Shown here: positions 19,170-30,800 of the stretch, in pieces | Position numbering within the stretch: position 1 is the first letter of the stretch | Layout: each line of letters opens with the position of its first letter | Virus record (IMG/VR): IMGVR_UViG_3300025093_000013 | Location: 48,474 to 112,473 of that record | Reading direction: 5' to 3' (one strand) | Source of the DNA: a virus | Length of the DNA stretch: 64,000 nucleotides | Notes under the pieces: generated by a model | The model's database searches: none | What the model saw: the letters and a program-made list of their open reading frames with translations, nothing else | What the model was told of the DNA's origin: nothing | Translations under genes and position numbers: made by a program

Positions 19170-21805
19170 TGCAAGGTCTAGGAAGAAGAGATAGATTACC
19201 TATAGGGCCTCGATTTGATGAAGTCGAGAGCCCTCAAATCATTATATCTGGTAGAGACCCCGAAGGAGATCGCCTTCCAAATGAGGAAGATATTATTCTT
19301 TCCACTCAAGATGGAACTTTAATATCTTACACCGAGGGTTGGGATGGAAAACAAACAGAGGTAACTATAGAGCTTCTTGATCCTGATGGGATTTTCATAT
19401 CTAAAATATTTTCATTTTACATTGATAACCTGAGAGCTTACTTTCAGAACTTTTCTTCAGTGGAGAGGAGCACGGCTAGAGATAAGCAGATAGTCCACCT
19501 TTTTAGAAAAGAGTATGCAATCAATCAACGAACCTTAAGTGAAAAACGATCAATTGGTACTTTAAGAAGTGCTGATGTTCCTTTTACCATATTGGAAGAT
19601 GAGGATTTTGCCGCTTCAGCGTTTAATGCGGCCCTGTCTAAATTAGAAAAAAATTATATAAATCAGGGTGACACGATGACTGTTTTTCCAACCGACCCTA
19701 CCGTTACTAAACTTCAAGAAGCCTTGGATACAGTCGGACTTAACCCAGAAATGTTTATCAATGTTGGCTATGGTCATGAGAGTGGTAAGAACTACTCTGG
19801 ATTCAAAAAGCTAACAATGAAAAATATTGTTCTGAACCAAGATAGTAACAGAGAGCATACCTTAGCTATCAAGTTTGTTCCTAACTTGCACGCGGAATCT
19901 GCTTCAGATAATGACGAGCCTATAGTTAGAACCGATAGTGAAAAGGGAACAGATCATGTATTCCCAACTTCTACAGATAAGAATGAAGCTCCAATTCTTC
20001 TAAAAGCTAGGTACACTAACGATGGTAGTGTTATAGGTTTCACTAGAGATCTATCATCTACTTTAACATCTAAAAGACCTAAAGAGGTTTTTGTAAATAA
20101 TACAGCCAATATAGTTTTCTTGATAGAAGATCTTTTGGAGAGGTATTTGATTGATAATCAGGGCAATAGAAGTGTAGTCATGTTAAGCCCAGCTATGGAG
20201 TTGGCAATAAAAAAGCAAACTGAGTTAGCAAGTTTAGACCCTACTGCATCGGTTGCCCTCCACAATCTAAGTGTGAAATTAGCTAAGTGTGGAATTAGAG
20301 TAAAGGTTTCTCAAGAAGAGGTTCGGGCTAGAGGTTATGTTAATAATCCAGAGCTTCTAAGAAGAAGAGGATCAAGAAGAGAAGATCTAATAAATGTTAA
20401 TCTAGAAGGCTTAGAAGATAATACTATTGATATAATAAAAACAGTTGATTACAGCTACTCACTATTCTTAGAAGTTAATGAGAATGAAAGTAGAAAAGAT
20501 AGGGTCGAGGATGTTATAAGACTTTTATACAAAGAGTTTCAAGTATATCCTAACGACATATCTTCTCGGGATGTAAAAAACTCTGGTCAAGTCAGAGCTA
20601 TTTTTGATCAGCTTTATACAAAAAAGAGAGAACTAGAAGCAACTTCAAGCGAGCAAATATTGGAGGCGCTTGCACCCGCAGACCCTAACAGTGAATTAGG
20701 TAAAGTAGAGGCAGCAGCAACAGTATACATAAAAAAAGGTCTTAACAATAGCTATAGAGAGCTAAATAAGCCTTTTGAAAAGTTAGGTAATGTTCTTGTA
20801 ATCGGTGATGACTACATCATAAAAGGATTGATGTTCCCCAAGGACATAGCATTTACTAGAGGTGAGTACGAACAGTATTCTAATTACATAAAATCGAACC
20901 TAGGATTTCTTAGCAACGAGACTATCTTTACTAATCTAAACTGTAATGCGGTTAGATTTATAGAGGGGTCCAGAGGACAAGGGCTGTCAAAGTATTTAGA
21001 AAGATGGACCGCTTCTCAATCAAGTGTAGCACATCAAGAAATACTTATACCTGATGAATACGCATTAAGATTCTTGCCTAATCAATTAGAAACTATACTT
21101 AGAACTACCCTCTTGTTCATAGCAGGCTCTGAAAATTCAAATGTCATAGAGGTAACTTCTGAGGAGAATAACTTTGCTTTTGCGGAGTACCAAAGCTTCT
21201 TTAGTATAGGTAATAAGAAAGGTATTAAGAGTGCTAGAGAGTTTTTCTCTTACGACTACAACAAAGCAAATTATTTATATAACCTTTCCGACGCCCAGAT
21301 TGAACAAATAGTAGGAAATGTCATGAGAGGTATTTACGGGGATACCTCTCTCATGAGGGTTCTAGAAGAGATAAACCAACGGCCTGTAGATGAAACACAA
21401 GCAGCACAAGACTTGAAAGACATGTATAGGACTATAATAAATGAGATTAAAGATTCTGCTCAAGTAAAAAATAAAAATATAGATCCTAAAGCCTTAACGA
21501 ACTACTTACTCTACACTCAAAGTCTCGCTCAGAACGCAAGAAAGCTTGTCATAAAAACAAGCCCTTCGTTCTTCATAGATGAGACCACAATAAAAGATCC
21601 AGTCATATTCTTTCATAAGAACCCTTTCATCACTAGCTCTCAAAGCCGCATCTCTGCCTTGAGTATTCTAAATGGCCTATACCAGATAATCGGATACAAG
21701 CATGTTATAAATGGATCTGAGTGTTACACTGAAGTAGTTTTACTAAGAAATCAACTAGCGGAGACCTTTGCAATATCCTCCAACATAACTGACATAGAAG
21801 GGTGA
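19169..21805 (+). CDS. Putative baseplate hub (gp27/P2 D-like), enlarged
   Basis: Lies between LysM and spike genes; IELLDP N-terminus, INVGYG, C-terminal NGLYQIIGYKHVI...YTEVVLLR. Confidence 0.6.
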   Translation: MQGLGRRDRLPIGPRFDEVESPQIIISGRDPEGDRLPNEEDIILSTQDGTLISYTEGWDGKQTEVTIELLDPDGIFISKIFSFYIDNLRAYFQNFSSVERSTARDKQIVHLFRKEYAINQRTLSEKRSIGTLRSADVPFTILEDEDFAASAFNAALSKLEKNYINQGDTMTVFPTDPTVTKLQEALDTVGLNPEMFINVGYGHESGKNYSGFKKLTMKNIVLNQDSNREHTLAIKFVPNLHAESASDNDEPIVRTDSEKGTDHVFPTSTDKNEAPILLKARYTNDGSVIGFTRDLSSTLTSKRPKEVFVNNTANIVFLIEDLLERYLIDNQGNRSVVMLSPAMELAIKKQTELASLDPTASVALHNLSVKLAKCGIRVKVSQEEVRARGYVNNPELLRRRGSRREDLINVNLEGLEDNTIDIIKTVDYSYSLFLEVNENESRKDRVEDVIRLLYKEFQVYPNDISSRDVKNSGQVRAIFDQLYTKKRELEATSSEQILEALAPADPNSELGKVEAAATVYIKKGLNNSYRELNKPFEKLGNVLVIGDDYIIKGLMFPKDIAFTRGEYEQYSNYIKSNLGFLSNETIFTNLNCNAVRFIEGSRGQGLSKYLERWTASQSSVAHQEILIPDEYALRFLPNQLETILRTTLLFIAGSENSNVIEVTSEENNFAFAEYQSFFSIGNKKGIKSAREFFSYDYNKANYLYNLSDAQIEQIVGNVMRGIYGDTSLMRVLEEINQRPVDETQAAQDLKDMYRTIINEIKDSAQVKNKNIDPKALTNYLLYTQSLAQNARKLVIKTSPSFFIDETTIKDPVIFFHKNPFITSSQSRISALSILNGLYQIIGYKHVINGSECYTEVVLLRNQLAETFAISSNITDIEG

Positions 21806-21806
21806 C

Positions 21807-22937
21807 ATGAAATTACTAACAGCAATAGTTACAAGTGTGTTCGATCCTCTCGATCCTACAATGATTCACTGTTCAATCATTGGAAGTGACGAGGACGGGT
21901 CTTTCTCTGAACCTGTGCTGTATACTTCTCCCTGCAATCGAAGTCAGTATCTTGAAGCAGGGGGAGCAGGGCTTACGGCCTATCCTAGTAGAGGGGATCT
22001 TGTTCTAATCGCTAAGGCCGACAACGACTCGTCTTACTTCTATATGTCAACGGTAACTGGCGCTACCCCAGAGGACCTAGAGAAGGGTATCAGAAATTAT
22101 CCCTCAGACAAAAACATAGCAACCCTAGACACTAACAAAAAGTCCCTGTCGCTCCGAGATAATGTTGGAGGTGTTGTTGAGTTCGTAGACAAGTCCAATA
22201 ATACTTCTAGAAGATCCTATGTCAAAATCTCTGATGGCCCTGATAACATAACTCTTAACAGGCAGTACCAGAACGAGTCGATTCACCTTAGAACAAGGGG
22301 TGGAGATACTCAGATCAGAATGAACGGGCCTAGGAAGTTCTCTGGAGTAGATCATGGCCCAGGTTCGCTATTAGTTCAAGGTGAGCGTAATACTGTTCTG
22401 AAAAGTAAGAAAGGCAATGTAAGGGTGGAGGCTGCGGCTGAAGCTAGATCAATCATGATCAAGAACAACGCTCAGTTTATTGGTATGAATGTCTCCAATG
22501 CCACTGACCCTTTCTCTGGGCAGATTACTATGGAGTCGCTGTACAATCAGATTTGTCTTAGAACATATGGGTATGGCCCATTTGCAAGTCCCTTTAACGG
22601 CATCTTCTTGCAGTCAGGTATAACACCCGTTGTTGCTGTAACAGACCCTTCCGTATCTCCTACAGGTGGAGCAGTTCAAGCCCATGGAGGACACATTGCA
22701 CAAATGATCGCAGGTGGCCCTCTGTACGCTGGAGTAAGGTGTACGGGAGAACTAGCACCAGAAAGCCCAGGGGTAGCAGCGGTAGACATACAAGCACCTA
22801 TAATTAACCTTACCGCAGCAACAGCTATAAATATTAATGCGCCTCTAGTTAACTTCCAAAATGGCGTAACTGGTCTTCCTATTGTACCAAGACCCACAAA
22901 CCTAGACGCACAACCACCAGTACCAGGAGCAGGCTAA
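21807..22937 (+). CDS. Central spike (gp5/gpV/VgrG-like OB fold plus beta-helix), no lysozyme
   Basis: AIVTSVFDP...YTSP...AYPSRGDLVLI; C-terminal IQAPIINLTAATAININAPLVNF repeats. Confidence 0.7.
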   Translation: MKLLTAIVTSVFDPLDPTMIHCSIIGSDEDGSFSEPVLYTSPCNRSQYLEAGGAGLTAYPSRGDLVLIAKADNDSSYFYMSTVTGATPEDLEKGIRNYPSDKNIATLDTNKKSLSLRDNVGGVVEFVDKSNNTSRRSYVKISDGPDNITLNRQYQNESIHLRTRGGDTQIRMNGPRKFSGVDHGPGSLLVQGERNTVLKSKKGNVRVEAAAEARSIMIKNNAQFIGMNVSNATDPFSGQITMESLYNQICLRTYGYGPFASPFNGIFLQSGITPVVAVTDPSVSPTGGAVQAHGGHIAQMIAGGPLYAGVRCTGELAPESPGVAAVDIQAPIINLTAATAININAPLVNFQNGVTGLPIVPRPTNLDAQPPVPGAG

Positions 22938-22938
22938 G

Positions 22939-25776
22939 ATGGCATCAAACCCTAATATATTCGGAGAAAGCTTCCCCGTAGGCTCAAACTCTATCCCAAC
23001 CTTCGGAGTACCAGCATGTATGCTAGAGCTAGGTCTTGAAGCCTTAAGCCTCCTACCAGGGGATGCCCTAGCGACCATAGCTTTGAGTATGAACGAAGGC
23101 GTCTTAGCTGCTAGATCAGTTATTGCCGATATCAAAGCTGAGATCCTTGAGTTCCTCGGTCTTGCTCAAGATGAGATAGACGGTCTATCCTTCTTCAAGA
23201 TTGACGCTGGCTGGGCAGCGTTGGGTAACGCGATAGGAGCGGTTGCAGGAGCTTTGTCATTCCTAGACGAAATCGCTAGTACCGCACAAGCTATAGGTCA
23301 AGACATTGAAGCAATCAAGGATTGCCTTAGTGACTACGAAACTCATCTCCAAAGACAAAGAGGCAGCGATGCTGCTTTAGCTCCTACCGAAGCACAGTTG
23401 GCAATCTACCAAAGCCAAATCGATTCAGCCGAACAATTCATCGATGATGCCGTGGTTGTTTTAGGACAAATATCAGAGATCCTAGCTGGTAGAGCAGCGG
23501 GAACTTTGGTCGATCCCACAACCCTAACAGATACCATAGAAGAAGAGGACGAAATCTTCAGATTAACCTTCGGCCCTCCAAAGTCCACCAAAGGAACTTT
23601 CCTTCTGTCCGTTGATGGTCTTTACTACGACTCACAAAACAGAACTTACGCAGCGTCTGGAAACATTCCAACTCTAGAGGACCTCCCTTTCATTGCAGAT
23701 TCCTCAAAGTGGAAGATGGACCATTCTCCTAACCTAGGAGGTAAAGGAACCCAGATAACTCTGAATGATCTTGACAGGTATGTTGACACAATACTTGATG
23801 TGGAGAAGATAGATGAAGCAGACTATCTTCAAAACTATTACACCAAGGATCACTTACTAGAAGTTCTTGAGGGTCAGAAGAACCTCGTTGTAAGTGAGTT
23901 AGACGCTCAAAGGAAGGATATACTGAATACTTACGCGACTAGCTCCGCTGTGTATATTAACATGCAACAGCAAATCTTCTCAGAGATCGAGCTATTCGAT
24001 ACCAAGATTCGCAGAAGAAAGAAGCAGATTGAGCTTGCCGTCAAGGCACCTGATCTTTTCGGTGTAGAGGTGTCGTTCAAGCCTGGAGAGATCCCAATCA
24101 ACGACTTCAGCTACCTTAGCGACATACACCTCAACATTGCCCTTGAGAAGCAGCGTAAGCTCGTTCTAGACCAGGGAGACATTAGCGGTGTAGTTCTACC
24201 CTTCAAGCCTGTATTTGCGGGAGGCGGCTCTATGGGCAACAATGTGGCTATCGCACCACTAGAGGTAAACAAGAATATTATCGGCGCTCTAGCAAGTGTT
24301 GGTGAATACTCTGATTCTACTCCCACTATTGCTCCTGTTCTAACTGTGAACGATCCTATCGTGACAGAGGATTTGGTTGCGGTATATAACTTCTTAGAAA
24401 CAGATGTCGAGGACACAGGGTCTACAACTTATAATGTAGCTAACTGCACTGGAGATTCTCGTCAAGACATGCAGCTAGTGGCTAAGACTAAATCGGCTGC
24501 ATTCCCTAAGGGTCTTGCTATCCCTAGATTTAGCGGTATTGTAAAGTTTGCTGGGGATGATAACTCATTCTTGAGAAGGGAGGAGCATGGAACTTATGGA
24601 AGGCTGCCTGCCACAAACGAGATGCAAAACCTTCTGTACAACCCTAGTGGGTGTGCCTTTGATTTCTGGCTGCACATGCCTAACTTTACTTCAGGTAACA
24701 ACGACTTTGAGGTAAAGGTATTTGACCAAGGTTTAGATGCATCCTCTGAGATAAGCTCCCTAAACCTATCTCAGCCCAACGCTTCTTGGACAGACTTCAA
24801 TTTCTACAAGGCGATCATCTCCAATGAAAATACAGGTGGTCCAACGGTAGGTAACTCAAGTAGCGTAGTAAACGATTTTACTACAGATCATGTGAGAAGC
24901 TTGTTCATAGGGTTTACTAGAGACCCTGCGTTTACAGTGAGTGCTATTGATGAGAACTCTGATGGTAAATTCACGGGGGCGGATTCTTACCCAGGACTGG
25001 CTGGGACACTAAACCCAGTTCAAAGCTATTCTAGTCTGGACGCCTCTGACACGGTAAACGCCACCTCAGCCACTTATTTCATAGTTGCTCCTATGCAATC
25101 ATTTAGTAAGGATGGGTGTTCTTTCATTAGAAGAGATAATTGCGCTCCAGACGAGTCTATGTTTAGAGGTTTAGCAATTCCCATCGATAGATCTGTAGAA
25201 GGAGATAGCATAGCTGATTGCTCGTCTACTTTTGTTCATATGAACATAAGTTTTGATTTTAGCAAGGACCTCTTGACAGTTTTCTTAAACGGAAAAAGCC
25301 TTTACACAATAAGCATTTCTTCTGAGTTTGGTATTGATAAGTACAAGACTTTGGGTATACCTACCTTCAAGAAGTTGGGTAGTAATCCTAGTTTTGATTA
25401 CCCAGGGGTCATACCTCAATCAGAAAGTGAGGATTTCCTACAAGGTCCTAAGAATGATCCTTTCTTTACTCCCTGGATGGTTGGAGGTGGCTGGACCGAT
25501 GGTATTAACCTAACTGTCGAGGCAAACAAGGGCGCTAATAGTAAAACAGGCGACCTTAATAAGTATGGAACAGATGCCTCAGAGGTAGCTGGAACAGGCT
25601 TTATATCAGACCTTTCCAGTGTTCAAGGTGGGTTTACAGGCCCCTCAAACGGACTTCAAAGTGGCTTGGGGGGTCACCTTGGAAGTTTGAAAATTTACTC
25701 TAAACCCCTATCTATTAGTGAGGCTTTGAAGAACTACAACGCTCACAAAACCTTTTTCTCCAACATTGAGGTCTAA
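22939..25776 (+). CDS. Baseplate-associated protein with coiled-coil and C-terminal LamG-like domain
   Basis: LVAVYNF, AFDFWLH, FVHMNISFD, VFLNG, LGSLKIYSKPLSISEALKNY. Confidence 0.65.
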   Translation: MASNPNIFGESFPVGSNSIPTFGVPACMLELGLEALSLLPGDALATIALSMNEGVLAARSVIADIKAEILEFLGLAQDEIDGLSFFKIDAGWAALGNAIGAVAGALSFLDEIASTAQAIGQDIEAIKDCLSDYETHLQRQRGSDAALAPTEAQLAIYQSQIDSAEQFIDDAVVVLGQISEILAGRAAGTLVDPTTLTDTIEEEDEIFRLTFGPPKSTKGTFLLSVDGLYYDSQNRTYAASGNIPTLEDLPFIADSSKWKMDHSPNLGGKGTQITLNDLDRYVDTILDVEKIDEADYLQNYYTKDHLLEVLEGQKNLVVSELDAQRKDILNTYATSSAVYINMQQQIFSEIELFDTKIRRRKKQIELAVKAPDLFGVEVSFKPGEIPINDFSYLSDIHLNIALEKQRKLVLDQGDISGVVLPFKPVFAGGGSMGNNVAIAPLEVNKNIIGALASVGEYSDSTPTIAPVLTVNDPIVTEDLVAVYNFLETDVEDTGSTTYNVANCTGDSRQDMQLVAKTKSAAFPKGLAIPRFSGIVKFAGDDNSFLRREEHGTYGRLPATNEMQNLLYNPSGCAFDFWLHMPNFTSGNNDFEVKVFDQGLDASSEISSLNLSQPNASWTDFNFYKAIISNENTGGPTVGNSSSVVNDFTTDHVRSLFIGFTRDPAFTVSAIDENSDGKFTGADSYPGLAGTLNPVQSYSSLDASDTVNATSATYFIVAPMQSFSKDGCSFIRRDNCAPDESMFRGLAIPIDRSVEGDSIADCSSTFVHMNISFDFSKDLLTVFLNGKSLYTISISSEFGIDKYKTLGIPTFKKLGSNPSFDYPGVIPQSESEDFLQGPKNDPFFTPWMVGGGWTDGINLTVEANKGANSKTGDLNKYGTDASEVAGTGFISDLSSVQGGFTGPSNGLQSGLGGHLGSLKIYSKPLSISEALKNYNAHKTFFSNIEV

Positions 25777-26217
25777 ATGGCAAGCATAGTATATGGACTA
25801 ACACCAACTAAGCAGACTGTAAAAAGTATAACACAGCCTGTGGATGATTCCATATATGGGCTAAGATTTCCTCTTGGAAAGGGGGATATCCTTTTTCAAA
25901 AGTCTTCAAGAAGGGAATTACTAAAGGGTCAAGTAACTCAGCTTTTATTCACTAGCCCAGGCGAGAGGGTGTTCTTACCTAATTTTGGTGTTGATCTAAG
26001 ATCCTATGTATTTGAGCAGCTAGATGATTCATTAATAGCTAATTTACAGGCCCAGATTAGCAATCAGATAAGGCTGTATATCCCCAACGCTGAGTTAGTT
26101 TCTATTAATGTTAGGACTGATGATGGGCATTACTCAGGTATCCCAACTCTGGTGGTCTACCTGAGTGTAAAAGAAAAAGAAACCAATGAGATCATACCTC
26201 TGGAGTTTGCGACATGA
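25777..26217 (+). CDS. gp25: Baseplate wedge/sheath initiator gp25-like
   Basis: GLRFPL, LLFTSPGERVFLPNFGVDLRSYVFE. Confidence 0.93.
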   Translation: MASIVYGLTPTKQTVKSITQPVDDSIYGLRFPLGKGDILFQKSSRRELLKGQVTQLLFTSPGERVFLPNFGVDLRSYVFEQLDDSLIANLQAQISNQIRLYIPNAELVSINVRTDDGHYSGIPTLVVYLSVKEKETNEIIPLEFAT

Positions 26218-27800
26218 CCGACAATATACCATACACAACGGCTGCATCGGACTTCATGAAGTCTATTGTATTCAAAGAGGATGAGAAAACCTCTTTGATT
26301 GATTTCACAGCTACAGACTTCATAACTCTTAGAAATAGACTAATTGAGTACATCAAGGCTGTTTACCCTCTAGATTATGATTTATTTGCTGAGTCTGATT
26401 TAGGCATGATGTTTGTCGAGCTTATTGCTTACATGGGCTCCGTCATGTCAATGAAGACAGACATGATAGCACATGAGATGTTCCTGAAGACTGTAAAGTC
26501 TCCTGCAAACCTAAGAAAGATATTTGAAATAATCGGAGTTAGATTAAGAGGCCCAGGAGCAGCATCGGCTAAAACAAGGCTAACTGCCGATGCAACAATT
26601 GGTGACTCCGAGTTTACTGTCCCTGCTGCATCTAGGGTATTTCAAGCTAACTCTACTCTAGATGGTCAGCCCGTGAATTACACTTTGTACTCCACCACAA
26701 ACGGGTTTATTGATAATCCAACTAATACTGCGGACCTGACCTTTTACAAGACTGATTCAGAGGGAGATCTAGGCAATGAGTGGAACAACGCTGTTCTTGT
26801 AGAGGGTTCTCTAGCTGTAGATACGGGAATCTTCTCCGATGTGGATGTTCTTAAGGAAATAACCCTAGCTAATAGCCCCGTTGTTGACGGAAGTATTCAA
26901 GTCTTCCTTTCAAACGCGGGCGATGCAAGCGGGGTTTACAAAGAAGTAAACTCATTACTATCAACATCTTCTTCAGACTTGAAGGTGTTCCAAACTGTCT
27001 ACACTGATGATTTCCAAGCCACTTTACAGTTTGGGGATGGCGTCACGGGCGTCCTTCCTCCTAATAATTCAAGCTACATCATAACCTACAGAGTGGGTGG
27101 GGGTCAAAGAGGTAACGGGCCTACCAACGCTGTTAACGGTAATTTTACCACTCAGGAAGGGTCTGGAGTTTCTCTGACTAACACCAATCCTTTTACAGGA
27201 GGAACAGAGGCCGAGACAATAGATCATGCAAAGAAATATGCAAAGCTAGTTTACAGACAACAAGACAGATTAGTGTCCTTGGATGATTATGTGACCTTCG
27301 CTAACATCTACAGAGATACGCAAGGGCAAAGGGTAAAGGCAACTGCAACGACAAGAAAAGCCTTTAGCTCTGCTAATGTAATTGATGTGTATCTTCTACA
27401 AAGAGCTTCACCTACTCAACTACAAAAAGCCTCTCTTTCCTTTAAGCAAGCCATGCTCGAAGCCATGGAGAACAAAAAGATGATGACAGATGAGATTGTT
27501 CTAGTAGACGGTCTTATTAGGACAGTTGATCTTGATGTTAGAATAACCATGGATGAAAGATTTGAGCCTAATGAGACTGATATAAAATCAAGAGTAGCCA
27601 GAGCTATTAACGGATACTTTAATGTAGATAAAAGAGACTTTGGGGAAGACTTCTTACCTTCAGATGTTTCAAGAGAAATATTCACCTCGGTTGATGAGGT
27701 CCGTATTGCTGAGATAACTAATTTCAATGAAAAAGTTTCCCTGGATATCAATGAAATTATTCAGCTAAACAACTTTACAATAACTGTCAACTATGTCTAG
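26214..27800 (+). CDS. gp6: Baseplate wedge gp6-like (P2 J-like)
   Basis: DFTATDF...ESDLGMMFVELIAYMG, QFGDGVTG-x-x-P, YRVGGG-x-x-GN, GGTEAET, QDRLVSLDDY. Confidence 0.93.
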   Translation: MTDNIPYTTAASDFMKSIVFKEDEKTSLIDFTATDFITLRNRLIEYIKAVYPLDYDLFAESDLGMMFVELIAYMGSVMSMKTDMIAHEMFLKTVKSPANLRKIFEIIGVRLRGPGAASAKTRLTADATIGDSEFTVPAASRVFQANSTLDGQPVNYTLYSTTNGFIDNPTNTADLTFYKTDSEGDLGNEWNNAVLVEGSLAVDTGIFSDVDVLKEITLANSPVVDGSIQVFLSNAGDASGVYKEVNSLLSTSSSDLKVFQTVYTDDFQATLQFGDGVTGVLPPNNSSYIITYRVGGGQRGNGPTNAVNGNFTTQEGSGVSLTNTNPFTGGTEAETIDHAKKYAKLVYRQQDRLVSLDDYVTFANIYRDTQGQRVKATATTRKAFSSANVIDVYLLQRASPTQLQKASLSFKQAMLEAMENKKMMTDEIVLVDGLIRTVDLDVRITMDERFEPNETDIKSRVARAINGYFNVDKRDFGEDFLPSDVSREIFTSVDEVRIAEITNFNEKVSLDINEIIQLNNFTITVNYV

Positions 27801-30800
27801 AAAGTTTAGTAGAAGGAACTACTCAGAGGCACTGGATAAACTAGTGCCTCAGATTTATAATGAAGAGGATCTTAAGCTCGCTGAAGAGAAGCAGGACCTT
27901 CCTTCTAAGATACTTGATGCTGATGCGGATCTAGTCCTAAAGTTTCTTGACATAAACGGTCTTATCTATGATTACTCTGATAATGACGGTAGAACTTACC
28001 CAACCCTTAACTTAGAGTTTTCTTCTTGGAATACCTCTTCCTATTCAGATAGAACTGCGTCCTCTACTAACGCCTACTCTGGATACTCAGAGGGGTTAGT
28101 AAAGTATTTCATTCCTCAAAATAAGTTAACTGAGATTACTCCTAGCGAGTTCGACCTAGAGATCTTAAGTCCTTTAGGGTATGATATAAACGACTACGAG
28201 ACCTCCGCAGCCTTTAGAACCTTTGTAAGTGGAACCTTGCTGCCCCAGCTACAACTAGGAAGTGGACCCGCATCCAGCCCTTCCCCTGCTGTGCTTCCTA
28301 CGGAATTTGGATCTACACATGACAAGGCCGCTAATTACCTTATCGATTCATTAGGCTTGTTCGCCTTAATGAATTATGATCAGTATTATACTGACAAAGT
28401 AAGAGAACTAATCTCCGATAAGTTCACAGATAAATTCTATAACTTCAAGAAAACAGTTACCTTAGGTGACGCTCTAGAAGTCTTGAAGAGGTTATCTTTT
28501 GTTTATACTGATTTACAGCCAAGGGCATGGAACGATGAATTTAGAGTCTCAGCGACAACCCATTTAAGCGGAACACAGTCATTAGACAAGTACCTAACTT
28601 GGAACAATATACTGTATGATCTACCTTTAACGGAAGAGGATGAAACTTTTACAAAGGACTTTTACATAAAGTTCTTTGAAGACAAAAACTTCACAATTCC
28701 TTATGTAACCGAAGGTCCTTTGAAGAAGTTCTTAACTGCTATGGGCTTCTTGATAGGAGATATTGATAATGAAGTATTATCACTCGAATCTTTAAACTCA
28801 ATTGAAGAGTGTCCTGCTAAGTATCTTCCATACCTAGCTGATCAAATTGGATGGGAATTTTATACGAGTAATAGCGAGTCTTGGAGAAGACAGCTTCGAG
28901 ACGCTCGAAAGCTGCTTCAAAAGAAAGGAACTAAGCAAGGGCTCATTGATCTACTGAAGTCCATTTTACCAGCCACTGAGATTGATTTTGATAATGGGTT
29001 CTCTGAATACTACGAGTCTTACATTCCTTATCTGATTTACTACCTACTTAAAACTGAAGCAGATCAGTTAGAGTCTTTTAGCGTTTGGAATCAGACAAAG
29101 GCTAATGAGTTCGCAGGAGGAGAGTTTGATCCTAGCGACTTGGATAAAAACATTAGATTTGTAGTTGACCATATTCTTCTAGAGGCAGTATACGAGTTCT
29201 CGGATTTATTTAACATTCAAGGATACGCTTTCGCTCCTGACAACCCTAAGTTTACTTTCAACTATAGAGATAGGGATTTCAACATACCTCCATTTGAGGA
29301 CGAGCGATTCTACAAGGATTGTGACCTAACATATGATCTGGTAAAGTTCTTCAAGGAGAAGATGGTATGTTTAGGTGTTGAAGATTCTATATGTGATTCC
29401 TTCGAGAGTTACATTCTCTCAAATACTATCGATGGGGATCAAGATCCTAAACTCTACAACAATGGGTTCTTGTTCTTGACAGAAAGCTTACAGCAGGCTC
29501 CTAATTACGATAGAGTAATAACTGATCTAGAGAGCAAGCTGTACGATTATCTCCCACTATGGAACGGTAAATCCTCTCAATTCACTTTGCAGGTATCATC
29601 AGGAACTTTTGACGATAAGTTCTTTGTACAGACTGCTTATACGACTGAAGACTTCTTTGAGTCACTAAAAGCTATTTCTGATTTCGTCCCAGCTAAGGCA
29701 ATAGAGAGAGTCGATGTAAACCTTAGAAGGACTGATGCTTTAGATTCGTTTACAAACACTTATCCAAGGGCTTCCTATAGAATGTTGGACACCCCAAGTC
29801 CAAGTGGTGCCATGGCTTCCTTTGAGATATCAACTCTCAACATGAGGTCCAATGTTCTAGGGTTAGTGGGAAGTAGTGTCGATCCAAATTATGTAAAAGA
29901 TCCACGGAGTACGAACGACTACTCGGCTCTACCCGTGTTCAAGAGAGACAGATTAAGTTTTTCTCGAACATCTACTAATGACGCTTACATCGATGTAAGC
30001 TCCGTTTACACTGTTAGTGGTCCTTACGAAGAAGTTGCTCCTAGAACTGCGGTTAGAAGGCGAGACCTACAGAAGAACCTTTCAAAAGGGCAAATCTTTA
30101 GAAGAGATGGGTTTAATCCTCCTTCGTTCTTGAATACAACTACTAAAGGCACGGGGACCAGTTTAACAGCCCTAGGTGATCTGAGTTCTTTCGTGGAGTA
30201 TATTCCTCTAGGACTAATCCCAAGCTCATACACCTTCACCCCTGTCCCTGACCACAAGAATGTCCCAGAGGTGTACGACGAGTGCCAAACAACCGCTTCG
30301 AATGATGTTTTCAATGGTGTTAGAAGTAAGTACACATTCAAGACTAGAGGGGCTGTTGATACCTATAACTTACCTTTGGATCACGGGTATGCTAATAATC
30401 TTGTATTCAAGTACAGGGATAACCTAGACGAGATTTATAAGCTTATCGTAGATCTCAAGGATGAGGATCTTGAGCTACAGGCGAAGTTAACTGTTGATAA
30501 TAATCTTAATGTTATTAAGAATATAAACTGGAAGGACGAGTACGAGTCTATAAAGAATAGTCTCTGGAATGATTTGGATTACTCTATAGAAAACGACTTC
30601 AACAAGATGAGGATGGATTTCTACAAGAGGCTTCCAAATGAAATGAACAAGACCTTCCACTACCTTTACTTAAACGACTATGTAAAGCAAGGTAGAGGTA
30701 GCCTGTCTAATGCTACTTTGGATGATGTTATATACGGGGGAGCGTCTCTTATATCCCATATCTACGGTCCAACATTCTTCAATGCTTTACATAAGCTCGA

